Positions 10,774 to 21,574 of a stretch of 64,000 nucleotides of DNA are shown here, piece after piece. Position numbers and translations under genes: made by a program. Every line of letters starts with the position of its first letter. The first letter of the stretch is position 1. The notes below the pieces were generated by a model, which saw only the letters and a list, made by a program, of their open reading frames with translations, did not search any database and was not told where the DNA came from. The stretch spans positions 1 through 64,000 of IMG/VR virus record IMGVR_UViG_3300014208_000028; one strand, given 5' to 3'. The stretch comes from a virus.

Positions 10774-11973
10774 TTATCCTTTTATAACCCCTAATGGTTC
10801 TAATCTAGTAACTATCTCTACTAAATCTTTCTGTTCTTCCATAACAATATCTATGTCTTTATAAGCTCCCGGCGCTTCTTCTAAATCTTCTTTAGAATTT
10901 AAAGAATGAAAAATACCTTTAGATTCTAAGTTATTTAATTCTGCTTGAAAATCTAAAGTTCTACACGCCTCTTTCCTACCCATCTTTCTACCCGCGCCAT
11001 GAGAACAACTTTTAAAACTTTCAGGATTTCCTTTTCCACGAACTATGTACGAAGCCGTACCTTGAGATCCTGGAATAATTCCTAGTTGCCCTTCTTTAGC
11101 AGAGGTAGCTCCTTTACGATGAACCATAACATTACTGCCGAAATGATTTTCCATAGTCGCGTAATTATGATGAATATCTATATCTTGAATAAAGTCTACA
11201 TCTACAAATTCCTTAAATATCTCTTTAGATTTATCCATCATATGCTTACGATTAGCTTTAGCGAATATAAGACAATTATTCATTTCTTCTATATATTCTT
11301 GCCCTTCATCAGAATCTAAGGGAAGAAAAGCTAAATCCCATTCTTTAGGAACCATAGAAAAATATCTAGCATTTAGTTCTCTAGCTTCACTATTATAATA
11401 ATCCGCTACTTTCTTTCCTAAATTACGGCTACCACTATGGATCATTATCCAAATATGCCCATCACTACCTTTTTGAATTTCTAAGAAATGATTTCCAGAT
11501 CCGAGAGTTCCTAATTGATGCATAGCAGATTCTGCCTCTAAAGATACTACTCCCTCATTCAGACCATTAGGCCAAATATCGGGCCAATAAGCTTGGGGTT
11601 TTTCATGATGATGGAATCCTACAGGAATAGCTTTTCTAATGTTGTTTAAAATTTTATTACGATTAAAATCTTCAAATTCATCTACTTTTATTGAAGTTTG
11701 AGTAGCAATCATACCGCATCCAATATCTACCCCTACCGCACTCACGACTATAATATTTTTAGTGGCTAAAATACCTCCGATAGGCATTCCAAAACCTTGG
11801 TGAGAATCTGGGGCCAAAGCTATATGATGAAAAGCGAAAGGAAGATGGGCTATATTCAAAGCCTGTTGAATAGCTCCCTCTTCCGGATTTCTACACCAAC
11901 TTTTAATAACTAATCCATCTTTACTTTTAATATAAAGTAAATCCGATTCTATTTTTTCATATTCCATTTTCAA
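10774..11973 (-). CDS. rtcB: RtcB RNA ligase
   Basis: PDSH, VGVDIGCGM, GTLGSGNHF, IHSGSR, HHNYA, VHRKGAT, SHGAGR. Confidence 0.96.
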   Translation of the reverse strand: MKMEYEKIESDLLYIKSKDGLVIKSWCRNPEEGAIQQALNIAHLPFAFHHIALAPDSHQGFGMPIGGILATKNIIVVSAVGVDIGCGMIATQTSIKVDEFEDFNRNKILNNIRKAIPVGFHHHEKPQAYWPDIWPNGLNEGVVSLEAESAMHQLGTLGSGNHFLEIQKGSDGHIWIMIHSGSRNLGKKVADYYNSEARELNARYFSMVPKEWDLAFLPLDSDEGQEYIEEMNNCLIFAKANRKHMMDKSKEIFKEFVDVDFIQDIDIHHNYATMENHFGSNVMVHRKGATSAKEGQLGIIPGSQGTASYIVRGKGNPESFKSCSHGAGRKMGRKEACRTLDFQAELNNLESKGIFHSLNSKEDLEEAPGAYKDIDIVMEEQKDLVEIVTRLEPLGVIKG

Positions 11974-13089
11974 TCCTTTCCATATTCAGGTTTTACATAT
12001 TTATAATGAACCATATCTCTAGCTCCGCGACTCCATACAGTTCTTCCACATCTATGTCTCATAGGTACTTCAAAAAAGCGGCCACAATGAAGACATTTAA
12101 AAGGTTTAGGTGCTCCACCTTTAGTATATTTATGTTCAGATTCTATATTTTGCTTTTCCATTAATTTATAAATATTAGACTTACCTTCCTTAACCTGCTC
12201 CTCAGTTAAAGGAATCATTTTGATAGGAGGATATCTATCATCTAAAACCTGCATATTAATAGATGTAATACAATTATTAATAGTATCTACCGCTTGAGCT
12301 AATACATTTGTAGAAGCTTTAGTAATGCTAATCCAATTCTCATATCTTCCATTAGTCCCACTACTACATCCGGCGCAAGGCTGAAGATTAGTATGGGCAT
12401 ATTCATAACAAGCACAATTATTACAGGATTTAATATCTTTACATTTAAATTTTTTACTGCATCCTACCACTTCTACATCTTTAATACTATATTCACATGG
12501 AACAGCAAAATTTCCATGACATTCTGGCCACCTATTCACGCAATCTATACATTTACCCATTTTCCATCTCTTTAAAATTCAGGTTTAAGAATAAGTTCAA
12601 TATCAAATCCAAGTATGTCAGCTACTTTAAAAAATTCTTTTATAGTAACATCGGAATCGTCCCCTCCCGCCAAAAAATATTCTATAAAATCACAAGTATC
12701 TTTATCATTACTATGTTCAATAGATTTTAAATATTCTTTATATTTTATAGCAACTTTCTCTAACAACTCTAAAACTTTAATCTCTGCTTTAACTTCCACC
12801 CTATTTTTAATATTTTCATTCAAATACTTCTCTACCAAAGTTTCATGCTTACTCATCTTTTCTCTCCTTAATCTTCTATTTTAGTAATAGTAATTAAATA
12901 CTCAGTACAACTTTTCTCTAATCCGCACATTCTCTCACACTCTTTTCGTTGATATAAATCACATCCTGAAACTCCATATTTTTGAGAGTATCCTGGAGAA
13001 CTATTATAAGAAGTCTCTATTTTAGGCTTTTTACTTCTACCACACCTCCAAAATCTCATAGATATATCCCTATCCATAATTTCCTCCAA
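11970..13089 (-). other. Hypothetical ORFs (11970-12560 Cys-rich; 12572-12856 possibly HTH-like; 12868-13089)
   Basis: Co-oriented with RBSs, downstream of the GTTATAAT promoter at 13117-13123. Confidence 0.65.
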
Positions 13090-13148
13090 AAAATAATACC
13101 TTCTTTTACAAAGGTATTATAACAAAAAATATTAAATTTTATATAGCT

Positions 13149-13346
13149 AAAAAAGGTAGCGTGGCTACCTTTAATTTTCGACACCATCTAACCCGATGGA
13201 TGAGGGGCTTTTAACAAGCAGTAAGTTTTTTTCACGGAGTCTTTCATCTCTCCCTGTGCCCAAATTTTTCGGCTGGCAACGGCCTAGTCAGTAAACAATT
13301 TGTAATTCTTATCGACCCTGACTGTCTTTAAGAATAGCTTCAGCTA
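13149..13346 (-). ncRNA. Candidate ~200-nt structured RNA
   Basis: Extended -10 TGGTATAAT at 13352-13360; terminator GGTAGC-CAC-GCTACC-T6; several stems, two possible pseudoknots, no convincing ORF. Confidence 0.6.
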
Positions 13347-13379
13347 TAATTATTATACCATAAAAATAAAAAAAATTGC

Positions 13380-15009
13380 TTAATTATAGTTATGGTCAAA
13401 AGGTTCTTTTTTAGAGTACATAGATTTGCCGGGAATGTCTACGACATGCATATCTAATCTAGGATTCTTCATCTGCGCGGCCAAATAAGCTAAGGTAATA
13501 GAAAATAGACAATCATCAGTATTATCTGGATCATGTATATATTTAAGTCTATCTGTTTTACTTTCTTCTATACACTCATTTAATATATCTTGACCAAATG
13601 GAGTTATAAACTTTTCGGGGTCTGATTTATAAGGAGCTATCATTTCTTGATTTTTAAATAAAGTAAATACATCACTCAATACTCTACTTCTATGTACTAC
13701 CATCATACCGCCGCCATGCTTATCAAAACTTATTTTATCCTTTTGGGCTGCGCTAAAATAAACTGGAATTACTCTTTCTTTTCCAATTCTTTTCTGTAAA
13801 TTAAAATTATAACTTACTCCAAAACCCCAGTCAGCACACACTACTCTACAATTCCATAAATGGCATAACTCAGTTATATCTTGTAAAAAGAAATCTTCAC
13901 TAGCTTCTAAACCAGCATATCTTTTCATATAAGATAATTTATAAGTACCATCTCTTTCTAATGTAAGTATGGTAACTACTGTATAACTTACATTTCCAGT
14001 ACCGTAGTCTATACCCATAACATGTATTTTACTATCTTTTAAACTAGGCGGATTAGGACTACGTTCGAACTCATAATCTCTACAACAAGCTATTAATTCA
14101 GCTTTAGTTATAGGCTTAACTCCTGAGTCCCAAGATTCTCCTAATACTTCATTCATAAAACCCGGCAAATCATAATCATGATATTTATCATGAATACTCT
14201 GCCAATTTTTATGAGTATAAGGAGTCATTAACTGATTAATATGATACCCAGCATATAGATATTTTGAACTTCCAGCAACCCATGTACCCAAGCGTATATC
14301 AAGGCCCTTTCCACATTTTTCACAAACATATCCTTCCACTCCTATATTTTTCATAGTTGTAGCATTCCATTTACCGCAACCGCATTTCGTCATCCACTCA
14401 CACATGGACGATTTTTTTGACCAATAATTTTCTATGGTATTTTCCATAGATAATGGAGTTCCGGCAAATATAATTATTTTATTAGTAGGAAAAGTAGCAG
14501 CACATTCTAGAATAGCAGGTACATGATCCATACCGACATTCTGAATCTCATCTATAGCTATTAATCTCGCCGCCAAACCTCGAACACGCGATTTAGCAGG
14601 ATCTACGAAAGAAGAACGTAATCGAATACTGGAATTATTTACCAGTCGTTTTTCCATTACGTTATTAGTAGTTTTACTATTAGTTAATTTTTTTAATATA
14701 GGACTTTGATCTATTATTGAATAGAGGCGTTCATTGCTAAAGACGCTCATCTGATCGTGCGTGGGGGCCACATATAAAGCTTTAAAATTAGGTAGTAGAG
14801 CACAATAAGTTAGTATCTTATTACCTTGAGTTGTGCTCTTACTACACTGTCTAGAACATTTAAGTAACATATATGTGGAATCATCATCATATATATCTTT
14901 AAAGGAACCTCCAACTATCAAATCCATACTCTCCTACGAAAGGATTCCCTTCTACATAAACAGCTCTTTCTACAAACTCTGAAGGAAGTATATTTAATAC
15001 GTCAGACAT
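13380..15009 (-). CDS. terL: Terminase large subunit (GpA-like), predicted to need a +1 frameshift at 14904-14899 (36 aa + 506 aa = 542 aa)
   Basis: Walker A SRQCSKST, Walker B IAIDEIQ, motif III AGTP, Zn-finger, FMNEVLGE, nuclease MGIDYG and PDNTDD. The upstream 36-codon ORF 15009-14899 supplies a plausible N-terminus. Confidence 0.9.
14899..14912 (-). promoter_or_regulatory. prfB-type +1 ribosomal frameshift cassette
   Basis: GGAGG-TTC-CTT-TAA: internal SD, 3-nt spacer, CUU-U slip site, in-frame stop. Confidence 0.7.
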
Positions 15010-15688
15010 TTTTACGTCTCCAAATATATCCCCCAGCAGTTTTTCTTTTTCCTTTACATGCAGAAGAAATATGTATATCTTTTCCTAATACTGTTTTCGC
15101 TATTCTCGCACTTTCATATTCTCTAATAAAGATACCTTCCTTAGTATATTGTAATACAGGTCTACTACAGGATTTCGCTCTTTTTTGAACTATTTCAGGT
15201 CTTTGTTTTATACCTTTATGGGCTTTACTATTCGCTATTTTTTGCTCTTCAGAATGTTTCCTTCCTCTAATAGCACTAGCAGATCTTTCTACAGCTTCCG
15301 CAGAATGTTTACAACCTCTTCCAGGCTCTTGTACTAAAGGAGAACTATTAAACAAACGCCCACCCTTAAAATATAAATCTAAATACCACTGTTCCCTATT
15401 ACTAAGATTTTCAATATCTACAAACTCAACAATATAAAAAGTTAATTTATCTTCCCCATATTTATCTGAAAATCTTTGAAGTTTAGGGGTAGCCTTACCA
15501 TACTTTAAACAATGACGATGGCCGTAATAACGACCTCTAAATTGTTGTGCTTGACCAATATAAAAACGATCATCTAAGGAATTCACAATAAAGTAAATTC
15601 CAGAACATTTACAATCTTCACGAGGAATGTCAAACTTCATACGTTCCTGAGTATTATTCTCTATCTGTGTATTTAATATCTCAGACAT
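15002..15688 (-). CDS. GIY-YIG homing endonuclease (NUMOD3/NUMOD1-like tail)
   Basis: SGIYFI...FYIGQA...R...H; REQWYLD; GRKHSEE; ACKGKRKTAGGYIW. Confidence 0.88.
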   Translation of the reverse strand: MSEILNTQIENNTQERMKFDIPREDCKCSGIYFIVNSLDDRFYIGQAQQFRGRYYGHRHCLKYGKATPKLQRFSDKYGEDKLTFYIVEFVDIENLSNREQWYLDLYFKGGRLFNSSPLVQEPGRGCKHSAEAVERSASAIRGRKHSEEQKIANSKAHKGIKQRPEIVQKRAKSCSRPVLQYTKEGIFIREYESARIAKTVLGKDIHISSACKGKRKTAGGYIWRRKNV

Positions 15689-17029
15689 TTTTTAACTATT
15701 ATATCCTTTAAAATTTTCTCTATAAACCATTTTATTTTAGATAAACTATTATCTTCTAATAATTCTATTTTAAATAAATACCCATTCTCAATATCTTCTT
15801 TCCACATAGATATATTTATATCCATTAAAAACTTACCTACAAAGTACCCATTATATTTACCATCAACATCTTTAGTTATATTTAATTTTCCTATTCCTTG
15901 AGATTCAAATTTATAACAGTCTTCCGCCGATTTTTCATCAAAATTAAGGTAATCATAATCCCCTGCAAAATACATATATACTTCTGACATTTTTTTCCAT
16001 TTAGTACTTAACTTCATATCATTTGTAAGTATCCATAAATCTCCACCTACCAGAGGTAGGAGATAATATTTTATTCATTTTGGCTCCGCAATATAGACAA
16101 GATACTTTTTTACTTTTATCTTCAGTAGTAATAATTAATTCTTCCTGCTTACGTCCACACTTATTACATTTATATTCAAATATAGGCATTTACTCTTCCT
16201 CCCAATCTCTACTACCGCTTTCACATAGACTATCTACCATTTCAGATAACTGGCGTTTAATATCTTCTTTTTTACTAGAGTCGAATTCTATCCTATAGCC
16301 AAAACTCATTTTACCTTTAGTACCTTTACAGGGTTTCGATATATACAGTTCTACTTTAGTAGTATACATTATTCTCTCCTATATCCTACACATTGATCTA
16401 ATACTTTTTCAGTACATTCATCGCAAAACACTATAGGTTCTTTGTCATCCGGCAAACTTAAAGTTGAATATTTAGTATTTATATCAAAATACTTATCGCA
16501 ATAATCACAAGTATATCCACTTATTATAGGAATTACTGTAGGCACTTTTTTACTTTCAAATCCCATTTTCTATCACTATCTGCACATTGTAAATAGGACT
16601 TGAACATACTTTATTAATTACGCCTTCAAAAACTTGAACTCCTAAGAAATAATTACATGAACCTAATAACTTTTTAGATTCAGGAGTTAGTACTATTCTA
16701 TATGGAGTCACCTTCTTATTTTGTAACTGTTTCATAGCCACTACTATTTTTTCTATTAAATCATCTCTACTTTTAAATCCGCTAATACAAGACATAAATT
16801 ATTTCTCCTTTACTACCTCTATTTCTAAAATACCTTTGCAAAATTTTTCCTGTTTAATTTTTAAATCCATTCCTACACATATTTTCTTTCCTATATCCGT
16901 AAATAATTCTTGAAGTTTTTTTATATCTATAACCACCGGCAAATTCATATCATTAGGATGCACATCTCCTACGACTATAAATTTATTTAAAGCGATAACT
17001 TTACCGCAATTTATTTTCTTCTTTAACAT
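15673..17029 (-). other. Small hypothetical ORFs (15673-16017, 16190-16369, 16369-16566, 16556-16795, 16799-17029)
   Basis: Overlapping stop/start junctions. Confidence 0.7.
16019..16189 (-). CDS. FmdB-family zinc-ribbon protein (56 aa)
   Basis: Not in ORF track; MPIFEYKCNKCG...SCLYCGAKMNKILSP. Confidence 0.8.
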   Translation of the reverse strand: MPIFEYKCNKCGRKQEELIITTEDKSKKVSCLYCGAKMNKILSPTSGRWRFMDTYK

Positions 17030-17616
17030 TTATTACCTAAATTATTTATACACACTGGATATATAGCTCCTCCATATTTATAAAGCTTGTCTTTAAAATT
17101 ATCATCAAAAATTGGCGGGGCAAATTTATATAAAACCATACTTTTAAAAATTATATTAGAAATACCTATATCTTTTAAATTATCCTTATCTATTTTAATA
17201 TTATTTTTAGATGTATAGATATTACACATTATTGGATGTGATTTTAAATAATTTATAGTAATAGCTAATTCATTAATATCTAATTTTATATTTTTATCTA
17301 TTATTTTTATATATTTAACTACAGTCCGCATAGATAATATTTCATCTATTACTTTGTTTATAGTATCATAATAAATTTTATTGTCTAATTCCCCCTCCGA
17401 AGTATATTTATATTTATAAATATTTATATTTTGCAAGCCGTCTAATTGAGAGGCTATTTTACTATCTTCAGAGTTATATATCACAAAAAGTAAATAATTT
17501 TTATATGTCTGTTCTAAAATAGAATTTAAACATTCATTAAACTTATCTTTAATGAATAGAATTATACCTATCTCTGCATTAGGTATAGTATTTGTCGAAG
17601 CGAGTTTGAATTCCAT
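17023..17616 (-). CDS. Degenerate GT2-like glycosyltransferase
   Basis: ECLNSILEQTYKNY segment typical of GT2 N-termini; DxD motifs not evident. Confidence 0.5.
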   Translation of the reverse strand: MEFKLASTNTIPNAEIGIILFIKDKFNECLNSILEQTYKNYLLFVIYNSEDSKIASQLDGLQNINIYKYKYTSEGELDNKIYYDTINKVIDEILSMRTVVKYIKIIDKNIKLDINELAITINYLKSHPIMCNIYTSKNNIKIDKDNLKDIGISNIIFKSMVLYKFAPPIFDDNFKDKLYKYGGAIYPVCINNLGNKC

Positions 17617-17669
17617 AGTAATTATGTTATATTAATTAATGTAAAAAATCAAAGTAAAAAGGAGAGTAT

Positions 17670-18584
17670 ATGAAAGCATTGTTTAGTGCCGTAGAATTGT
17701 TAGGGGACTTAGTAGAGATAACCCCGACTTTGTATGCTTGGAAAAAAGCGAATCCTGAATATGAAATTGAATTAAGATTACAAGACCAGCCTCATTGTCA
17801 TGTCTTAGAAAACCTTCCCGGTATCGCAGTTAGTTTTATTCCTGGCGATTTTGATTTAACTAGGAATCCTGCCGATAAAGATACTTATGACTTCTTCCAC
17901 TTATTTGCCGTTCAAAACGCCTCTAAACATAGCTGGAGATTAAATAGGCCCATATCTGAAGGATATGCTGTTCATCTTAATGATGAAATTAGAAGATCTA
18001 AAAAAGAAGTTAAGACTGTAAATTTAAAAGATTATACTCCTATATTACCTACTATAGATATTTATAATGAAAAATGGCCTATGGTTAATTCTTATATTTC
18101 TGTAACCCCATTTTGCGGAGGAAGAATTACTACGCCTGATGGTGGTGGAGATAGACCTTTAGGATGGAAATTATGGAATTCTATATTTGAATTTCTAACT
18201 ATTAAAACTAAACACGATATCGCAGTATTAGGGCACGACAGAACTGATTGGACTATGTTTGATAAATATGTAAAACCTAGTAATAGAATACATAAAGTTA
18301 GTATACCTAGTGTTAAAGATACTATAGATTTTATATTTAATGAGCCGAGAGGAGTAGGATTTATAAGTCCCGATTCTGGGTATTTACATTGTGTTTCTGG
18401 CGGCGTAAAACAATTAAATAGTAAATTAGGATGTATGATATTTCTTACTAAAGCAGTTCCTACTTATGTAAGCTATCCTTACGGTATTCCTAAAGAACAA
18501 ATAATAGTTAGTTTAGCCCATAATGGAGATTTAAAGTTTACTGATATTAGACAGAAGTTATATTTATTTACAGATATTATATAA
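17670..18584 (+). CDS. GT9 (heptosyltransferase-like) glycosyltransferase
   Basis: LGDLVEITP at N-terminus and FISPDSGYLH. Confidence 0.7.
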   Translation: MKALFSAVELLGDLVEITPTLYAWKKANPEYEIELRLQDQPHCHVLENLPGIAVSFIPGDFDLTRNPADKDTYDFFHLFAVQNASKHSWRLNRPISEGYAVHLNDEIRRSKKEVKTVNLKDYTPILPTIDIYNEKWPMVNSYISVTPFCGGRITTPDGGGDRPLGWKLWNSIFEFLTIKTKHDIAVLGHDRTDWTMFDKYVKPSNRIHKVSIPSVKDTIDFIFNEPRGVGFISPDSGYLHCVSGGVKQLNSKLGCMIFLTKAVPTYVSYPYGIPKEQIIVSLAHNGDLKFTDIRQKLYLFTDII

Positions 18585-18596
18585 GGAAAACTTAAT

Positions 18597-18992
18597 ATGT
18601 GGCACTGTAAAAATTGCGGAATTATTGATGAGGTTTTTCAGATTATGCGAGATTATCATATCGTAAAATCTTATCTTAAAGATACCTCTAGGGTATATAG
18701 AAATAGAGTTGAAATACGAGCAGAAACATTAAAAATAAATGAAGAAGATTATAGGGATGGAGGTAAGTATAATACCTTTAGGTGCGCTAAATGCAACTCT
18801 TTAAATGTATGGGAAGGGGCAGAAGAGACTTCGGACGATAACTTAATTCCTTTAGAAACTATTAAAAATTATAATATTGATGAAAAAGATAATACTAATG
18901 GATTGAGAGATATGTGTAGCATAATGGGTGCGACTGATTTAATAGATGATACTATCCTCACTGATGAAGAACTAATAAAAATGTATATCTAA
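18597..18992 (+). CDS. Zinc-ribbon hypothetical protein
   Basis: MWHCKNCG...RCAKCNS; AAGGA RBS. Confidence 0.65.
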   Translation: MWHCKNCGIIDEVFQIMRDYHIVKSYLKDTSRVYRNRVEIRAETLKINEEDYRDGGKYNTFRCAKCNSLNVWEGAEETSDDNLIPLETIKNYNIDEKDNTNGLRDMCSIMGATDLIDDTILTDEELIKMYI

Positions 18993-19028
18993 GATAGAGT
19001 CTTTCGACCCTTCAAAGATATTATAACT

Positions 19029-19060
19029 AAAAAAAGAGAGGATTTTCACCTCTCTTTTTT
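19029..19060 (-). terminator. Intrinsic, probably bidirectional, terminator
   Basis: AAAAAAGAGAGG..CCTCTCTTTTTT between convergent gene blocks. Confidence 0.75.
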
Positions 19061-19065
19061 ATTTG

Positions 19066-20684
19066 CTACTCTTGTTTAACTTTTATACAAATACTTTCTC
19101 TTCCGCGCCAAAAATTAGTTATATCGTCTTGAGACATGGATGTTCTATAACTATAACTATCGTCAGCATCTTCAATATGACAATATATATGATGTTGAAG
19201 TAAAGCATTACTAATTATTTTAGCTATAATACTTTTACCTTCTTTAGATTCGCCCTTTATTACTATCTTCATCCACACGCTCCTAAATCATCGAATAAAT
19301 TTATCACTACTATCAATGGCCATATTTGTATTAAAAGTATTATTAATACTATTTTATTATACCAATGTAAGTTTAGACACCTAGTACTTGTAACTATATA
19401 GAGTCCTATCAACAATCCAATTATACCGTATATGATATAGAAATGATTAATTGTAATGAGACTTAATATACTCATCATATCTTTTCCTCATACCATATAT
19501 CATTTCCATTTTCATCAGCCCATTCTTCCCAAATTCCATCCATACATATCTCTAGCCCACCGATAAAAGTTTGAAACTCAGAGCTAATATCAGCTATCTC
19601 TTCTTCACATAAAAACTCAGTAAACTGATTTATAACATCTAATAGATGTTTAGCATGATCTATAGAATGTACTTCTTGTCTAAATACGTTATATAAATTT
19701 CCAACATCCTCAGTCTCTACTCCCCACCAAATTCTATATTTAGGTTCCATTTATCTCCTATCTCCAAATAATTTATCTCTTTCTCTAATAGAAGAGATGT
19801 GCTCAAATTGTTTTCTTTTTATATCTCCCGGAAAAAGAGAGTCTTTATAATAGTAAGTATGTTTATTTTCTTCCCCTCCTATTAATTCCGGCCCCCTCCA
19901 AGTATCCTGTATATATGGAATCCAAATTTTACAATTACTACAAAAAACTTCTCTTCTAGACTTGTCTTCTAAAGCATCAATTATTCTAAAGTCGCAGGTA
20001 GGGCATTTAGCTACCCATATAGCTCTAGTTATAATATATTCTCCATCTACTAATTCTCTATTTTTTATCATCTTAAAAAATTTGGGGCCAGAATTACTGA
20101 CCCCAGTTTTTTAGTCTTCTAAAGAGGTAACGACAATCATATTACGTACTTGCTTGGAAAATTCTTTATCTATTTCAATACAAGCATTAATATCCTGAAT
20201 ACCGCCAGCCATTACTTCAATATACTTAAGTTTAAACTTCTTCTCATTCAAAACATCTGTATATTTTCTACCGGCGCGGGCAGAAGAGAATAAAGAATTA
20301 GTAGCATGTTCCAGTAATCCTAATCCACTATCTTCATGCTTAAGATACATACTAACCTGCTTCCTACGACCCTTCTCAGTCTCCTTATAACTACCAGTAA
20401 CCTTGAAAACTACCTTACTCATTACTTTCTCCTTTTTTATCTATTTCCAAAAATCTTTTAAGACCCTTTGGCGGGTCTATTGGATAGTACGATCCTTCCC
20501 ACTCACTTATCGCACTAGGATATGTTTTATTTAAAATAAGTGGGCCGACAAAAAACTCCCAAGACTCACAGTTTTTTATAGCATCTTTTTCTTTTAAATA
20601 TAATCCTTTAATTCCCCACACATAGTATGGGGAAGTATCTATTTTATGCCATTGCCCGCACACCCATATAATTTTATCTTTCAT
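19066..20684 (-). other. Six hypothetical ORFs (19066-19278, 19269-19478 membrane, 19475-19750, 19751-20071, 20111-20422, 20415-20684)
   Basis: Tight co-oriented packing. Confidence 0.7.
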
Positions 20685-21096
20685 ACAATCTCCTATCCCA
20701 TTCTTTTCTCAAAGTACTATAAACATGTTTATTATATAAACTATATTTTTCATTAAAATCTAATTTATAAATATCCGCTACGAATTTTGCGACCGCCGCA
20801 CTACGCGAAATTCCTGCATTACAATTCACGACTAAAGTTTTTATATTATTTTTATTGGCTTCTAACCAATCTATAATTTCATTAGCCATACTATCATTAA
20901 ATAATACTGGCTCTCTATTATCCACACTATCTACTTCAGTATCTAAATCATCGAACCTCATTACTAATTTATAATTCCATAAATTACTTAATTGGAAAGT
21001 ATGATTTATTTCATTAATAGATATAATTCCATCTGTCTCACACGGCGTCATTTTTTCTGCAATCGCGCCGGGGACGAATACGACTACTTTAATCAC
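20674..21096 (-). CDS. Protein-tyrosine/dual-specificity phosphatase-like protein
   Basis: CX5R loop VNCNAGISRS; upstream FDD. Confidence 0.85.
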   Translation of the reverse strand: MIKVVVFVPGAIAEKMTPCETDGIISINEINHTFQLSNLWNYKLVMRFDDLDTEVDSVDNREPVLFNDSMANEIIDWLEANKNNIKTLVVNCNAGISRSAAVAKFVADIYKLDFNEKYSLYNKHVYSTLRKEWDRRLYER

Positions 21097-21108
21097 TTAC
21101 CCTCCCTT

Positions 21109-21360
21109 CTATTTTTTAACCTCAAATAACTCTTTAAAACTATTTATAATAGAGTTTCTTCCTTCTCCATATAGCTCATCGAAAATTTCAGCTAAATACT
21201 TAGGAACTTTAAAAACTTTATCTACTGTAGCATCTTCATATTCAGTAGAGATAAGAATGTAATACTGCTTTTCATTAGTATCATTCACGTAATATCTAAG
21301 ATATGCATACTGATTTTTTAATAGTCTATTAGGTAACTTATTCCACGCAGTAAATCTCAT
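21109..21360 (-). CDS. Hypothetical protein
   Basis: AAGGAG RBS. Confidence 0.7.
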   Translation of the reverse strand: MRFTAWNKLPNRLLKNQYAYLRYYVNDTNEKQYYILISTEYEDATVDKVFKVPKYLAEIFDELYGEGRNSIINSFKELFEVKK

Positions 21361-21406
21361 ATATCTCTCCTTAAAAAATAAAGGCTAAATTAATAGCCTT
21401 GAAATT

Positions 21407-21482
21407 TGGTGGGCCTAGAGGGTTCCGCCCCCTCGACACCGTGATTAAAAGTCACGTACTCTACTAACTGAGCTATAGGCCC
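21407..21482 (-). tRNA. tRNA-Lys(UUU)
   Basis: GGGCCTA/TAGGCCC+A+CCA; CGTGA-CTTTTAA-TCACG; atypical T-loop GGCGGAA. Confidence 0.92.
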
Positions 21483-21574
21483 TTACATTATTTATATACC
21501 ATATTATTTCAAAAAATATACAGCTAAAAAAGGGCTAGTAAATATTTCTATTTAATAGCCCTCCAGTCGAAAAA

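Noticed and set aside
14925-14927. Track start 'MDLIVGGSF' as the true TerL start
   Set aside because: SD-to-ATG spacing is only 3 nt, and the upstream out-of-frame ORF gives a more terminase-like N-terminus; a minor internal start is not excluded.
15002-15688. Group I intron or intein carrying the GIY-YIG in terL
   Set aside because: The endonuclease overlaps both neighbours, leaving no room for an intron core; it appears free-standing, as does 49153-49887.
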